A DNA stretch of 64,000 bases from Felis catus (taxonomy: Eukaryota), in NCBI RefSeq assembly GCF_018350175.1, contig NC_058368.1:128156001-128220000 (forward strand). The letters are read 5' to 3'. The notes beneath the pieces are model-generated. The model did not search any database, was not told the DNA's origin, and saw only the letters and a program-made list of their open reading frames with translations. How positions within the stretch are numbered: position 1 is the first letter of the stretch; every line of letters starts with the position of its first letter. A program made the position numbers and the translations under genes. Below are positions 61,623 through 64,000 of the stretch, piece after piece.

Positions 61623-64000
61623 CTACCAACAATACAAATCTCTGATATTCAATAGCGGGGCGGGGGTGGGGAAGGGGAGCTAACTGCCCATCTAATCTCA
61701 GAGCTTTCATAGCAGGTATTTTAATGAAAACAATTCAAGCTCCTGACGCAACACAGGGTAGACTTTGCATAATATTTAGTTTCTAATGCCTCCAAAAAGG
61801 TACCTGATATTTATTTATGATCCAAATATATTAAGTCTGAAATGGAAAAGCTTCTAGAATTTCCAAAGAGACTACATAAAAGTGCCTGAATAATTATTAG
61901 CAAATAAGTTGAAAACATTTTTAGTTCCCTTTTAGGTTTCTCTGGTTATTATTTGTTCACCCCATCCCACCTCCACACACTAGGTCATGACAACATGTTT
62001 AAAAGACTTGAACACACAAATCATTCACTTGATTGTTAAAATCTCCCTGGAGCCCATTTTTAAAGATCACTTGGAAAAATACTGGGAGATATTGTCAAAT
62101 GTCCCAAATTCAGAAGTGCAAAGACCCTATGAAAAGTCGAGAGAGGAGGTTTCCTAAGGGGCTCTGAAATACACAAGTTCCTCAGGAATGGAACTGAAAA
62201 GAAACCATTATTGTCCCAAATCATAAAAGGAGAAACTTAATTCCTATTTAATTGGAATTAAACAATCACAAGTTCACAAACTCATTATTTTATTAAGTCA
62301 CCTTTGATGAGAAAGACACAAATGACATATAAACGAGCTGGTTCAGGGACTTATTTTTAATTTGATATCAATTCTAACCCCAAGTCCATTACAATATGTA
62401 ATTATTTAATTAACCTATCCACAGCCTATTTTGGGCAAATTGCATTTGCAGCAAAATGAAGAAAAAGGGTTATTTATTTTACTTGGTGGAGAGAAGAACA
62501 GAAAGAAATGATGAGTGAACCATTAAAAACATAACTTTAATATGCATCATTTCTTTGTAGAACAATTCAATGAGAACACAAGGTCAAGGACTGAAAAGCT
62601 TATGTTAATAGTTTACCTCATAGCAGAATAAATTTGGGAAAATCACTTAACCTCAATTTTATGAAAAGTACATCAGGGGAAGTATTATGCTTTCCCCCAC
62701 AATACAAAAGTATATTATAAATAAAATTCACTGCCTGTTCAAACTGAACTGGACAGAGGTAATTGGCCATAGACATGGGGATATCTATGATCGCCTAGAG
62801 AAAATAAGACTGACCACTGATAGTGGTCACTGATAGAGCTCTGCATTCATTAAGCACATGTCGGTGGAGTAAATGAATGAACTGACAATCTACAGCCCAG
62901 AAGATCACCAGACTCTCCAAGTATCATGTGGTAGACAAGCCCCAGTGCTTTCCAAGATCCCTAGATGCTCACTTAAGACCAAAATTGCATCAAGCACCTA
63001 TTTATGCTACTGCCTTCAACCATCTCTTTTTGCCCCCATCTCTATTATTTGTCTCTTTGCTCCAGGACAACCCAACTTTGCTCCAAGGGAGTTCACAATG
63101 TAATACATCCCTAAGAGAAGAGGCCAAGGTTCTAACCTAACCTTTTTGAACTCTCCCACTAACTATCAGCCTTAAGGAAGTCAGGGTAGATTTATTTCCC
63201 AGACACAGAAGGACTGGAGGCTGAATTTGACCAATAGTCTGCTGATGTCAAGGATTTTAGAATGACTCTATTCCTCCCAAGTGGGAAAACTAGCAGGAGT
63301 TAAAAAGGTGTTGAGAGCATTGGAAAAGCCAAAGGAAGAGTTTCCTTTTATCCCGAATTCATGAGACCTACTGCTGGACTCTGTACAAAACCCAAAAAGG
63401 GAAACCCAAGTGACTGTCCTATCAGTTTAGTAATGTTCTGTGGCATGACTGGTAACAGCATCTTCACTGACCGAGATGTGTGGGCGATGCCTTGCTGGGC
63501 TTGTTGCAAAACAAATGGTACATAAAAGTGAAATGAAAGAGAGTTACCATTATTAATTATATACTGATGATAATAAAGAACTCTACTTACTACTCTCAAA
63601 AGCCCAGACAATAATCCAAATGGTTTTTCTCATTCAACCAAAAGAGTCTAAGTAGTTTCACAGGAAAGTTTAATTAATACCAAAAACACAATCATATTTC
63701 TTATTTCTTCTCTTGGAAAGAATAAGCAGTTAAATAAAAAATAAAAACGCGAAAAGCCACAGAACTGAGATTTTCTATCATTGAGAATCCTCAGCCCTTA
63801 GAAATTAACTGAGTAAACCTTGAAAGGTAACTCGTCCAAAGAACCAAGAGCAAAATTCATAATTCTTTTCAACTAATCTAAGTATCATCTCATCTTCTGC
63901 TCATTTCCAAAATTATCAATCATAGTGAATGACATTTTCACTTACTAAAAAAAGACTGGAACCCAAGTTCACATTTTCACTTCATTCTTGCTAAAAATCA

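Overview
This is mammalian genomic DNA, almost certainly felid, judged from the feliform Can-SINEs and a cat-type LINE-1. It looks intronic and is rich in repeats. There are about 18 tRNA-derived Can-SINEs, several old L1, L2, MIR, MaLR/ERVL LTR and hAT fragments, and two candidate minus-strand exons (61539-61622 and 48202-48495) of a host gene I cannot name. Nearly all L1s lie antisense to that gene. The main structure is a young composite L1 insertion (49161-56146) inside one perfect 15-bp target-site duplication (TSD). It has about 210 bp of non-L1 sequence at its 5' end (candidate 5' transduction) and a full-length L1 whose ORF1 and ORF2 each carry one nonsense codon. Its ~405-bp 3' end is present three times: the last copy appears to come from a different L1 and the middle copy is a recombinant of the outer two. 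Smaller observations are a tailless tRNA-Lys/SINE-head retrocopy, a twin-primed 5'-inverted L1, an L1 with two large internal deletions, an old ~570-bp tandem duplication, and nested and inverted SINE arrangements. Repeat family names come from memory of consensus sequences, and boundaries of old elements are approximate.
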